Positions 28,815 through 41,676 of a DNA stretch of 64,000 nucleotides are shown here, piece after piece. The position numbers and the translations under genes were made by a program. The stretch covers positions 64,976,001 to 65,040,000 of the forward strand of contig NC_043002.1 in the NCBI RefSeq assembly GCF_006345805.1, read 5' to 3'. The stretch is from Octopus sinensis (Eukaryota). Each line of letters opens with the position of its first letter. The first letter of the stretch is position 1. The notes under the pieces were generated by a model. That model searched no databases. It was not told the origin of the DNA and worked only from the letters and a program-made list of their open reading frames with translations.

Positions 28815-30156
28815 GATATTTAGTGTGAAGCCATTTAGCTTCAATCACACTCTGACATCTTCGACTGCATGAGGAAATTAAATTTTCAATTTCTTGCTGG
28901 GTGATCTTATTCCATTCTTCCTGAAGGGCATCCCATAATTGCTCGGTTGTTTTAGGATTTCTGGCTTTCGAACGTTCTCCTAGAATATTCCACACATTTT
29001 CAATAGGATTGAGGTCTGGGCTTTGAGCTGGCCAAACAATAACAATAACCTTTTCAGCTTTGAGGAAGTTCATGATCACCTTAGCCTTATGACATGGGGC
29101 ATTGTCCTGCATGAATATGGGTGGTCGCGTGGTTGAATTTCTCAGCACAGGCAAGACATGATCTTTTACAAGTTGTTTATAAACTCCTGCATTTACCTTT
29201 CCATGTAATTACACCAAAGGGCCCACACCATCTCCAGATATCATCCGCCAAACCATGACACTTCTTCCACCGAATTTAACACAAGTCTTAAGGCATTTAG
29301 GCGACAATTTTTCACCTACTTTTCGACGAACGTACCTTTTCCCATCTGAGCCAAATAACATAAACTAAGATTCATCACTGAAATGCAACGTTTGCCATTT
29401 TTCTTGAGACCACAACACATGTTCGGTTGCAAAGGTAAGACAACACTGTTTCTTCTTGGAGCTGATCAGTGGCTTCACTGCAGGTGCTCTTGCTTGTAGG
29501 TCATGTTCAACTAAACAAGACACAATTTTTCGAGATAAAGTTTTCTTCAGTACAATGCTCATTTCCCGAGAAACAGCAGCAGTAGTTTTAAAGATGTCCT
29601 TTTTAACCAACTTTACCATAGCACGATCTTCTCTCTTGGTCGTTTTTCTTGGCCTACCTGTAGACTTTCTTGCTTCACGCGAACCACAATCATCGTAGAC
29701 CTTAAGAATACCGTGTACAAAATTTTTTGACTTGTTAACAATCTTTGCAATAGATCCAATACTTAAATTATCCTTCCTTCGAAGCTGACGCATTGGTAAC
29801 GGAGTAAGTGGCATTATATTAACAAAGTACACTGCAAATATTCTTACTAATGTTTAGTAAACGAACTGTCACGTAAACAAATTCAAAACATTAGAGTTCG
29901 CCGGTTAAATATACTAAAACACGGATTACAAGCAACCGTTCTGATTATTTTGGCCGCCATGGGTTTTGGAGTAAATCACTAAATCATCCATAACTATAGT
30001 ATTATCCTCTCAAATTACACCAATATCTCAGGCAATAACAAATAATATTGTATTTATTGTCTGTGAAAATTATAGAATATAAAACAACTTTGATAAAAAA
30101 TCATATCTACTTTTCTGACGAAAGCAATGCCGTTCTGAACATTTTGGCCGCCACTG
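28815..30156 (-). mobile_element. Tc1-type (DD34E) DNA transposon with a disrupted transposase and one TIR left
   Basis: GRPRKTT, HFSDES, QDNAPCH..WPAQSPDLNPIENVW (34 residues between D and E), ends HTKY. Terminus TA-CAGTGGCGGCCAAAA at 30156; inner direct repeat at 29936-29959. Confidence 0.92.
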
Positions 30157-30294
30157 TATATATATATATATATTCACGTATATATATATTGACATAAATA
30201 TATATTTACAATATAATATATATATAAATATATAATATATATATATATATATTATATATATATATTATATATATATTTATGTATATATAATATA

Positions 30295-30338
<44 letters not shown>

Positions 30339-30342
30339 TATT

Positions 30343-30376
<34 letters not shown>

Positions 30377-30401
30377 TATATATATATATAATTTATATAT
30401 T

Positions 30402-30498
<97 letters not shown>

Positions 30499-30527
30499 AT
30501 TTATATATATATATTTATATATATATT

Positions 30528-30558
<31 letters not shown>

Positions 30559-30575
30559 TTATATATATATTTATA
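30157..30575. repeat. Imperfect (TA)n microsatellite
   Basis: Direct reading. Confidence 0.95.
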
Positions 30576-31642
30576 TCCTTAAATCCTTAAAAATGTTTTA
30601 GCCCGAAGGCCGCGGCCATGCTGGGGCACCACCGCTGAATGAGCTACACTAGTTTGTGAATCCACCTCTGATACGTGGCACTTGATCAACACAAGGGAGT
30701 TCGATGCTGCTGCCGCATCCGTGTCTCCTGTCGTGAGGTAGGTTCATCTGGTACTCCCAACAAGAAGAGATCCAGTTTAGTTTTAAAGAAACCCACATCC
30801 ACACCATGTAAGTCTCTCAGGCATTTAGGGAGGATGTTAAAGAGCTGTGGTCCTCTGAAACCCAAGATGTTGCAGTATCTGGACCTGTATTTTGATGGTG
30901 ATGTTGGAATCCTTGGCACGACGCAGCGGCCCCCCGTTCTGCGGTTGGAGTAACCTTGAATGCCAAAGTTTGGGGCAAGAGCCTCCAGGACTTTCCAGAT
31001 GTATATCACTGCATATCTCTCCCGCCTCCGCTCTAGGGAGAAGAGGTTTAATACCTTCAGTCTTTCCCAGTAGCTGATATTTTGCATTGAGACGATTTTC
31101 TTTGTGTAGCTTCTCTGAATTGCTTCGAGTTCTGCTGTTAGTTTTATATTGTGTGGTGACCAAAGTTGGGAGCAGTAATCCAAGCGGCTGAGGACGAATG
31201 TTTTCCATAGGACCATCAGTGTCTCCTTCTCTCTTGTTCTGAAAGTTCGGAGAATCCATCCAGCTAGCCGTCTGCATTTTATCACCAGATTAGCAATATG
31301 CATTTGGAAAGATGCATCATTGCTCATGTCAATGCCCAGGTCACGCACTGATTTGACTCAGGATTGCAATTCTTCCTGGGCCAGTGTATCCAGTCTTCAC
31401 GTCATTTACCTTTGTGTGCCAATAGCGCAGGGCCGGAACTTACCTGCATTAAACTGCATGTTTTGTTCCCTCAGCCCACCTGTGTATATTGTGTCCAGCT
31501 CATGTGCAGATGCGCATATTTTCAGGGTTTTGTATTGCGTGGGAGACTTTTGTGTCATCTGCATAGCTAGCAAGGGTGGTCATCGTAGCAACTGAAGGCA
31601 TGTCTGAAAGGGCCACTATGAACATCAGTGACCCCAAGACAG
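30576..31642 (-). mobile_element. 5'-truncated CR1/L2-group LINE (RT C-terminus and 3' tail)
   Basis: SYADDTKV (~31560), RDLGI, VLSRLDYCSQLWSP, SLERRRERY; short tandem-repeat tail (tttaagga)2; (TA)n on both sides. Confidence 0.85.
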
Positions 31643-31718
31643 ACATATATATTTATATATATATTTATATATATATATATATTTATATATACTTTATTTT
31701 AAGCAGCAGAAAATTCAA

Positions 31719-31768
31719 CAAAATCTGTTACTCTGAGTTTCTCGTTGCCGTTCATCAGACAGTTTTTG
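31719..31768 (-). ncRNA. Minimal type I hammerhead ribozyme
   Basis: Minus strand: caaaaactgt-CTGATGA-a-cg/gcaa/cg-a-GAAA-ctc-a-ga-GTA-acagattttg. Stem I pairs 9/10; GUA triplet. Confidence 0.8.
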
Positions 31769-31769
<1 letters not shown>

Positions 31770-31806
<37 letters not shown>

Positions 31807-31892
31807 ATAATTATATTATATATATATATATTTATATATTATATTTATATATATATTTATATATATATATATATATTATATACATATATATG

Positions 31893-31949
<57 letters not shown>

Positions 31950-31950
31950 T

Positions 31951-31982
<32 letters not shown>

Positions 31983-32239
31983 TTTATATATATATATTTA
32001 TATATATATTTATATATATATATATATATATATATTTTATATATATATATATATATTTTATATATATGTATATTATTATTTATATATATATATATATATT
32101 TATAATATATATATTTGATTATAATATTCTATATATATATCTTTATATATATATTATATATATATATTATATATATATATATATTTATACATATATATAT
32201 TTATATATATATATATATTTTATATAATATATATATTTA

Positions 32240-32280
<41 letters not shown>

Positions 32281-32310
32281 TTACATATTATATATATATA
32301 TATATTTAAT
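31770..32310. repeat. Imperfect (TA)n microsatellite
   Basis: Direct reading. Confidence 0.95.
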
Positions 32311-32843
32311 ATATATATATAGATATAGATATAGATGTATAGATATATAATGCCTATATGAATATATGTATATGCAGAGATTACATTAGTGCATGCATAT
32401 AGTTTGTGATTGAGTTTGAGAATGCATGATAGTGTATGCGTAAGTGAATATGGCGGAAACAGAATAGGATAAACATGAGAAAATCGATAAAAAGAAAAGG
32501 GAAAGCACAACAATGCGAAGAATAACAGAGAAAGGAAATATAAAAAATAAAGTTGAGTTGATGAATCGCTATAATAAACACAATTACAAATCCAATTAAT
32601 ATAGACTGGTGTGTTTAGAGCTTATTGGCAACGACTGAAAAACTTCAAACAGAAATTTCAGTCTTTGAATGACAGAATTTTTAAATCTCTTTCGATTAAG
32701 ATGAGTAATGAGAGGACTTTGTTAAATGAAATCTCTGCCGTTAAGTGTGCTACGTGGTTAGCGAAATGTAAAGTGAATTATATCGACCCTATTTGTTCAC
32801 TGGAGCCCAGGAGCCTCAAAATTCAAATGTTCTTCACATGACC

Positions 32844-32889
<46 letters not shown>

Positions 32890-33059
32890 GAAGAAGAAGA
32901 AGAAGAAGAAGAGAAGAAGAAGAAGAAGAAGAAGAAGGAGGAGGAGGTGGAGAAGAAGGGGAGAAGAAGGAGGATAATGAAGATGATGATGATGATGATG
33001 ATGATGATGATCAGTTCAATATAGTCACAACAGAAGTTAATGAAAAAATACTTGGGATT

Positions 33060-33800
33060 GGCTGATGAAAGGAACACTAAAAATGTGTCCGAGTGCACTA
33101 TACTGTCAGCGCAATACCAACACAACTGGAGGGTCAACCTTAAGAATGAGCAAATGTCTCCGCTGTACCGCATCTGCAATAGAGTGGATGAAACCATTGC
33201 CTATATCACAAACAAATGCCCTAGACTTGCATAAAACCACTGCAAGTTGGGGCGAAATGATCAAGGAGAAAAAGTGCTACACTGGAAACTATGGAGTCTA
33301 GAGAGTGGCAAGTCGTGGTATGAGCACAAACCGCACAGAGTGGTGGTGTGGGAAACTAGCAAAATCCTCTGGGATTTCCCAATCCAAAAAGATCCGGTGC
33401 TAAAGCATAACAGACCGGGCCTAGTGGTGGTGGACAAGGTGCATCTCACATGCTATATAATTGATGTTGCATGTCCCTTTCACCGATGAATATTTAAGAA
33501 AGAAGGCATAAAGATAGATAAATACAACTCACATTAAGTACGAAGCAGCCCGGAAATGGAAAATGAAGAATGTGAAGACATGGCCAATTATTGTTGGGTC
33601 ATCGGAAACAGTATCAGAAGGCATCAAGGTAAATATACAGGAAATTGGTACAGAGTGCCTAGTAGAGAAGTTACAAAAGATTTGCCTCCTTGGCACGGCC
33701 AAAATAATCATGAAGGTAATAGATAGCTGAAAAGAACGGATAGCAACGTACCGTAAGCTGCAGGTTGCAAGCCCGCTACGCACGCAAGAAACTAGGAGAT
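33060..33800 (+). mobile_element. Degenerate R4/Dong 3' fragment
   Basis: RICNRVDETIAYITNKC, ILWDFPIQKD..HNRPGLVVVD..IIDVACP, LQKICLLGTAKII. Confidence 0.8.
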
Positions 33801-33809
33801 CCAACAAAT

Positions 33810-34386
33810 CATGTGATAAAGAGAAATGTAGCCCGATATGTCCACTGACTGTTGTGCGGTAACGCAAATCTAAAGGCAGCCAAACAATGGTATGAACACT
33901 AGCCGGAGGGAGTAATGGAAACAAACATTACATGCATTGCCACCAAATCATAGAGACGAGACGATCAGATATTGCGCTCATCCATAAGGAAGTAAAGCTA
34001 ATAGATGAAAAACAATTAAAGGTAATATATGTTGCAAAACTAGGCGATTTGAAGGTGAAATGTAAGGAAACAGAAAAGAGAAATACCAGCCACTGCAGGA
34101 AGAGATGGGAAAGTTATGAGGTATGAGAAAATTGATGGTGATGCCGGTAGTAATTGGAACATTAGGAGCAGATTCCAAGGCCTTTCAAAAGCATGTTAAG
34201 AACATTGGAGCTACTGTCACGTTCGAGGTGATCCAGAAGACAGCATTGTTAGATACAGCTCGCATTCTAAGGAGAGTACTGACTCTTTGAGCCGCAAGAG
34301 AAGGCACTACTTAAAACCTTTGGTGATTTGTTGTTGCCTGCTTTCAAGTAAAGAATCGGTAATTAAGAACTATCCGAGAGTCTTTC
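33810..34386 (+). mobile_element. Second degenerate R4/Dong 3' fragment
   Basis: IETRRSDIALI, VMPVVIGTLGA, VIQKTALLDTARILRRVL; ends in (TAA)n. Confidence 0.75.
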
Positions 34387-34440
<54 letters not shown>

Positions 34441-34491
34441 TCACCTGTCTGCTGGCTGTGGACGGCTGACACTTTCCATCATACCCAACAA

Positions 34492-34553
<62 letters not shown>

Positions 34554-34611
34554 GAAGAAGAAGAAGAAGAAGAGAAGAAGAAGAAGATGATGATAACAAA
34601 CAGAAAGGATG

Positions 34612-34797
34612 TAAACGTGGCCCCACCTGCAAGGTCATGCACTGTTTATCTTGATATGAGATCACCATATCGCGCACATATGGTTGTGATGCATGTGCCT
34701 AGTGTACCCTAATCAGACGGGTAGTCATGATGGGTATACTGGGCTTCGTATATTTTATCCGTGTCACTTTTATGGCATGCACTGCTCTCTCACTCAA
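34612..34797 (+). mobile_element. 3' part of the non-coding (AAT)n-tailed repeat
   Basis: Homologous to 1-170; followed by (AAT)n to 34871. Confidence 0.7.
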
Positions 34798-34810
34798 TAA
34801 TAATAATAAC

Positions 34811-34871
<61 letters not shown>

Positions 34872-35043
34872 GTTGAGCGCCAGCCTTGACAGCAGCTGGA
34901 CGTGTTCCTCACTGCTCTGACAGTTCGGTGGCCGAAAGCCATAGAAACACTAATATGGGCCAGTTTAGCAACGGGGAAAAATAACTCTCAAAGACTGGAA
35001 CATCTACAATACCTCGTGAGTATTTGAAATTCTCTTCAAAGTG

Positions 35044-35941
35044 GGTTAAGAAATTTACAAATTTACATATCTGCAGCTTTCAAACGTACATCCGATCGGC
35101 TTTAAAAACTTTAATACCCACAACTGCCTCTGTAAGCACCCTCTTTTTTTTCTTCTTCTCTCTAAAAACATCACGCTTTTCTTTTTGTGGACTTGCAAAA
35201 CCCTAAAAATTTCTATGAAAATCTGACTTTTCTTTGCTTCCTCCCAGAATATTCAAATATAAATGTAAACATATACTTTTTTTTTTGCAAAAACACACCT
35301 GTTCTTCTAACTGGACATACAAACATCTCTAGAGGGGTCAACTTCAACCTCCACAATATTACCTTGCACGAAATATGCAAACACTTTTTATTGCAATAAC
35401 ACAAACGCACATGGAAAAAATAATGATGCTAAGATTCTCTCTGGTCGAACACAGCTTCTCTATTCACAAATAATACAGAACAGCCCTTCAAAATAAGTTA
35501 AGAACATTTACAAATTTACATATCTACAGTTTTCAATCATACATTCGACCAGCTTTAAAAACTTTGATACCCACAATTGTCTCTGTAAACATCCTTTTTT
35601 TTTTTTTCTTCTCTCTAAAAACATCACTCTTTTCTTTTTGTGGACTTGCAAAACCCTAAAACTTTCTATGAAAATCTGACTTTTCTTTGCTTCCTCCCAG
35701 AATATTCAAATATAAATGTAAACATATACTTTTTATTGTAAAAACACACCTGTTCTTCTAACTGGACATACAACATCTCTAGAAAAGTCAACTTCAACCT
35801 CCACAATATACCTTACACGAAATATACAAACACTTTTTATTGCAATAACACAAACGCACATGGAAAAAAAAATGATGATGCTAAGATTCTCTCTGGTCGA
35901 ACACAACTTCTCTATTCACAAACAATACAGAACAGCCCTTC
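35044..35941 (+). repeat. Tandem duplication, ~450-bp unit x2
   Basis: gttaagaa..tttacaaatttacatatct at 35044 and 35497; both units end aatacagaacagcccttc. Confidence 0.9.
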
Positions 35942-36424
35942 CTTAATTTTTCATAAGCCTAATAGTAGTAAACATCTGAACTTTTTTTGACCGACAGGAC
36001 CCCGCCTAAAAAAAAAATTTTTTTAAATATCACTGATGGTGATGATGATAATAATGATAGTAATAGTGCTGATAATCTATCTATCTATCTACACACACAC
36101 ACACACACACACTCAAAGAGTTCAACCAACACAAACCTCACCTCCGTTCTATTGTTAACCAAATATGAAAGTATTATTTGACAGGCAAGAACTCTGGCGT
36201 TGAAGACAGTCAGCCAGCCAACCACCAAGCCAGCCAACGAGACAGACAGACGCTACTGTGATGGTGATAATGATAAAGAAACAAAAATAACAATAATAAG
36301 ATACTGCTGTGACTACACATAAAACAATATCATTGATGATGATGGTGGTGATGGTGATGGTGATGATGATAACGATGATGGTAATGGTGGTGATAATGAT
36401 GATAGTGGTGATGATAACAATAAT

Positions 36425-39400
36425 AAGCCGACTACGGCTGCTATAATGGTACGATTATAATTGTAACGGCAATGATGGCCGTCTCCCCACGAGCCAATCA
36501 AAGCTAAAAAATGATAACATTATCGTAGCACCAAAATGTTTTTGGAAACTAAAAGGAAAACTAAATCAGTATACCAAATCGCTTGTCCTATGGTTAATCT
36601 GGAAGCGCGTCCCCCAGGGAAGAGTCAGCCTGGGATCGAAAAGTCATCAACTGGCACAAACTCTTCTCCGAATACGGACATGGATGGTCACTTGAACGGG
36701 AAATCCCACAACTCGAGCCCTCCAAGTTCACCACCACAACCACCACAGAAAGAAAATAGTAAGCGGAACAAATGGACCCGAGAAGAGTATAAAGAAGTAA
36801 TATACGCTTATTACTATGCATTAGGTAGGCCATCTCAAGAGAGACACACCGCAAACTCTTACAGTATATGGAGAACACGGAATCAAGACAGTAAGCCCTA
36901 TTTGGACGAGAACAAATTAGCAAATGTGAGGAGGGATATCCTTAGAAATAACAGACTCACAGACAGTGAAATAAGCGCGATCAAGCACGCAATGGAAAAT
37001 GACGTAAATATAAGACACAAAGGAAATGAAGAATCAGATGAACAGTATAGCCCGCCACGAGGCTTAATTGAAAGACTGCCATCTGACCAAAGTACGCAAA
37101 GGCCTGAAGATACAAGAAATTCTATTGTACCTGTTAAAGATAGCCAGGAAAACGAAAAAACAACAGTAACTGAAGATCTCGCATTTGCTGAAGAACACAG
37201 AGAGTCTATGGCAGAAATGAGGCAGAAAATCCTGAATACGCTTGAAGTTGTAAGACATACAAGTATGAATGATAGAGAACCACTTCATAAACTCTCAAAT
37301 ACAAACCAAAATAAAAAACAAATCCAAATTGGCAACTATGTAACAAATGAAATAATACGAGAATTAAAACATGATTTTACTGAGTTAAATGAAATTATTT
37401 ACGCTTCTGCTAGGGCAATTGAAACCAGCTGTATGCCCCCGAAAAAACAAAGAAAACAAAACCTGGGAAGAAGTCAAACCTGGAGAAGTAAAATTGAAAA
37501 AGAGATCGAATTTATGAGAGGGGAAATATCAATATTAAATGAACTAATATGTGGAAATTATGTAAGATCCAGAACAGGAAGAAAGATGAAGAGAAAATTT
37601 GGATCCTCACCAAGAGAAAAACTGATATCAATAAAAGAAACGCTGAAACAAAAAGTCCAAGCAAAAGCCCAAAGAATACGAAGATTTGAGAAGAGAAACA
37701 AGTTTTACAAGCAAAATAAGCGGTTCACATCCAATGCCAAAAAATTCTACAGAGAAATAGGAAAGGAGAAAGTAACCGTTAAAGACCCCCCTCCCATGGA
37801 AGAAGTTCAAAACTTTTGGAAAAGGATTTGGAGTGACAAGAAGACGTACGACATAAATGCTGACTGGATTATACAAACTGAAGGATCCTACCAAAATTTA
37901 CAACAACAAGCATGGGAAGACATCACAATAGCAGACCTAAGAAAGGCACTCACGAAGGCCCATAATTGGAAATCCCCCGGTAAAGATAGGGTGCCGAATT
38001 TCTAGCTCCCATCACTCCCATGCGCACACGGTAAGCTAGTTCAGCTGCTCAATGGAATTATGAGAGACCCAAAGAAAACACCAGAATGGTTAGCAAGTGG
38101 CATTACTTACCTACTCCCAAAGAATAACGAAACCAACCTTCCAAAAAACTATCGGCCTATAACCTGTCTATCCACCACGTATAAAATCCTAACATCTATC
38201 CTGGCGGAGAAAACATATGCATTCATGGAGAAGAACGATATTTTCCCCATTGAACAAAAAGGGTGCCGCCGAGGCTCTTACGGATCCTTGAGAACTGTCA
38301 CAACAAGCGCAGAAATCTCAGCACCGCATGGATTGATTATAAAAAGGCCTTCGACAGTATACCGCATCCATGGATCTTGAGATCGCTGGACATCTTCAAA
38401 ATTTCCCCTGTGATTTCAAACTTCCTGAAGCACAATATGTCGTTGTGGAATACGAATCTCCAATTATAACACTCTAATGGAGTACTTACCTCAGAAAATA
38501 TAAACATCAACTGTGGAATTTTTCAAGGTGACTCACTTTCACCTTTAATATTCTGCATAGCCCTAATACCCCTTACAAGTGAATTAAACAGAACAGGGTA
38601 TGGGTATAAAATTGCCAATAAAAAAATAAGCCATCTATTTTATATGGATGACTTAAAACTTTATGGTAAAGACAATAATGAACTTGAAGGCCTATTGCGC
38701 ACCGTGAAAGCATTCAGCGATGATATCGGGATGGAGTTTGGACTTGAGAAGTGTGCCAAGGCCACTTTCCAGAAAGGGAAAGTGAAGACCACAAATTCAG
38801 TCGTGTTAGATGTTGACACAGTCATAAGAGAGCTTGAGCAAGAACAAACATACAAATATTTAGGGATAAATGAAGGCTCTGGTATTCAGCATGCAAGCAT
38901 GAAAGAGAAGATCAGGAAGGAATGTTATAGGAGAGTTCGTGCAGTCCTGAAATCTGAACTAAATGCACGTAACAAGGTGTTAGCTATAAATTCCTTAGCA
39001 GTTCCAGTTGTTACTTATAGCTACAATGTGTTGAACTGGAATATGAGTGAAGTAAAGAATATAGATAGGAAAATACGCAAGCTGCTGAGTTGTAATAGGA
39101 TGCACCTCCAAAGGCAGACGTAGATCGCCTTTACCTTCCCAGAGCCCAAGGAGGTCGAGGCCTGATCCAATTTGAACTAGCTTACAAAACAACCACCATT
39201 GGACTGGCCAAATATCTCGAAATATCGAATGACTGGATGCTAAAGCTCGTGAAAATCACGAGAGGCGAAAGAAGCTTCATTCTATCATAAAGGAAAGCAA
39301 AAAATTGCTATTGATCTCGTGCAGGATACCCAAACTGAACAACCCGAGGGAAGTACGGCAACTATTGTTGCAAAGAAGGTGAAAATGATGGCAACGAAAA

Positions 39401-40350
39401 AAGCGCACGAGCAATTGGCTGATAGGTGGGAGGAGAAACCTCTGCACGGCAAATATGTGACCCGCAGCAAACAAGCTGATGTTGACCAGAAGTAAACCCA
39501 TCAGTGGCTACGGAGCTCAGGGCTAAAAGCAGAGAGAGAAGGTTTCATCCTGGCTGCTCAAGATCAAAGCCTATTAACCCGGAACTACCAGTGAAAAATG
39601 GAGCAGACCCAAAATGCCGATTCTGCAACGACATGATTCAAACAGTGGACCATCTAATCTCTGGATGTAAAGTCTTAGCACCAGTGGAGTATAAATTAAG
39701 ACATGACAGAGTTGGCCAATATCTACACTGGCTAATAAGTCGGCATTACAATATCAAAACTGCCGACAAGTGGTATAATCACCACCCTGAGGCTGTAACT
39801 GAAGGAGAAAATGTAACCATTCTGTGGGACTTTCCAGTACATACAGACCGAACCATCAAGGCCAATAAACCAGATATTGTTGTGAAAGACCAAAACAATA
39901 AAGTTTGCTTATTGATCGACATGAGCATCCCCTGTGATCATAATATCTCAGCGAAAGAGTTTGACAAGCTCAGAAAATATAAAGACCTACTCATTGAAAT
40001 TGAGAAAATGTGGCATCTCAAGGTGGTTACAATACCAGTGATCGTAGGAGCACTAGGAATGATCAAGAAGGGAACCGAAAATTATATGATAATGATCCCT
40101 GGCTTACCATCCCTGCAAGAAGTGCAAAAGATTGTCTTAACTGGTACATCACATGTATTGAGAAGAGCATTGTCGATGTGAGAATTGTTGCTGCTCATGT
40201 ATTTTAATTTAACTTAAAAAAAAAAATAAATAAATAAAAATGAACGAACTATTGAGTTTGGTGTAATGGCCTACCAATGTATACTATGAGTTTCTTTGCC
40301 CTAGGAGTCGGGAAGACACTCGGCAAGAAATGGAAGCAAATTTGAAAGAA
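36425..40350 (+). mobile_element. Near full-length R4/Dong-type non-LTR retrotransposon
   Basis: One long disrupted ORF with RT, CCHC finger and RLE; short 3' UTR ending in A-rich then (TAA)n. The 5' boundary is approximate. Confidence 0.9.
36536..40181 (+). pseudogene. RT-RLE polyprotein pseudogene of the R4/Dong element
   Basis: WKSPGKD, NYRPITCL, WIDYKKAFDSIPH, GIFQGDSLSP, YMDDLKL (38641), YKYLG, CRFC..HLISGC, RHD, NKPDIVV..LIDMSIP..KYKDL. Stops at 38003 and 38467 plus frameshifts near 38280, 39110 and 39540. Confidence 0.92.
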
Positions 40351-40369
40351 GAAAAAAAAAAAATAATAA

Positions 40370-40935
40370 TAATAATGATGATGATGATAGACCAGAAAGA
40401 ATATACTAGGCGTCATGACAACATAACAAGTATTGACCATTGGACACTTTGCAACAAGTATGGACTTGAAAGAGCAAACATTGGTACGGACATAAACCCG
40501 AAGGTATCGAAAATGATAATGCAAAGATCCTATGGGATTTTATGATTCATTGCGACCATGAGATAGAGAATAGATAACCAGACATATTGTTAATTGAGAA
40601 AGAAAGCAAACGATGCTGAATCATAGATATATCATGTCCAGCTGACGATAACGTATGCGATAAGGAAGAAAAAAATTGGATATATATGACAGGTTAGAGT
40701 GGGAGGGTAAGCACTTGTGGTCAATGAAAAAAGTGGTAGTAGTACCAATCATTGTGGGTGCCATGGTAACAGTGAGTAAAAATCTCGAGATGTACATGAA
40801 ACAAATAGGGGCTGCAATAATGGTGGAGCACTTGGAGAAAACAGCACCGCTTGGATCCGCTCGAATCCTGCAGATGGTGCTCGAAAAATAAGGGGTGTTA
40901 TCTTAGTTCACTGGTATTGAACAGCTCACGCGTGC
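40370..40935 (+). mobile_element. Additional degenerate R4/Dong 3' fragment
   Basis: RRHDN, KILWDF, PDILLIEK, VVPIIVGAM, LEKTAPLGSARILQMVL. Confidence 0.8.
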
Positions 40936-40959
40936 ATCACAACTATGGGTGCGCGTCAT

Positions 40960-41676
40960 GGTGATCGCATGACGTTGCAGGTGGAACCCAGTTAGAATTT
41001 TTTTCTGGTCGAATAGTCCATCCGGATGAAAAGTTCCCTAAATAAGGGTTGTTCAGGGATGTTGAACAAAACCTCCATGTTTCCAGAGGTGAATTCATCA
41101 AGCCCCAAAGTATTCCTCCCAACACATGGCTATGCTGCTCTCCAACTACTTCTGCTCGTGATCTGATAGGATATGCACATATCGTCAGCCACCATGGGAC
41201 ATGCTCAACTGGTTAAGGATAAGCAACTGACAAACAAATAACACGACTTTCATGTAAACCCACATAATATTTGTCCCGTGTTGTCACAACCATATGTGCG
41301 CGGCATGGCGATCTCATATCAAGATGAACAGCGCTCAAAAGGTCCCTGAATAAGTGTTGTTTAAGGTTGATGAACAAAATACCCATGTGTCCAGAGGGGA
41401 ATTATTCAAATCCCAAAGAATTCATCTCAACACATGGCTATGATGCTCCCCCACTATTTCTGCTCTTGATCAGAGATGCATATATCATTGTCAGCCGCTA
41501 AAGGATATGGTCAACTGGTTAAGGTCAAACAACTGACAAGCAAATGTGTGGTACTGAGCAGATTATTTGCTGTAGCCCATCTTTTATACCAAGACAAAAC
41601 AATGTACATGATAACACTTCCAATCAATTAAGATCAGAAGCGATGAGAGCCTCTGCCTGGTACTGCATCAGGGCAT
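40960..41676 (-). mobile_element. Non-coding repeat (5' portion) starting in (AAT)n, with a partial duplicate
   Basis: 41345-41540 is repeated at 41040-41238; 41275-41351 is homologous to 18-60 and 34640-34690. Confidence 0.65.

Noticed and set aside
36476-36500. Possible HDV-like ribozyme at the 5' end of the R4/Dong element
   Set aside because: Only a simple hairpin (tggccgt..acgagcca) is visible; I could not build the nested double pseudoknot.
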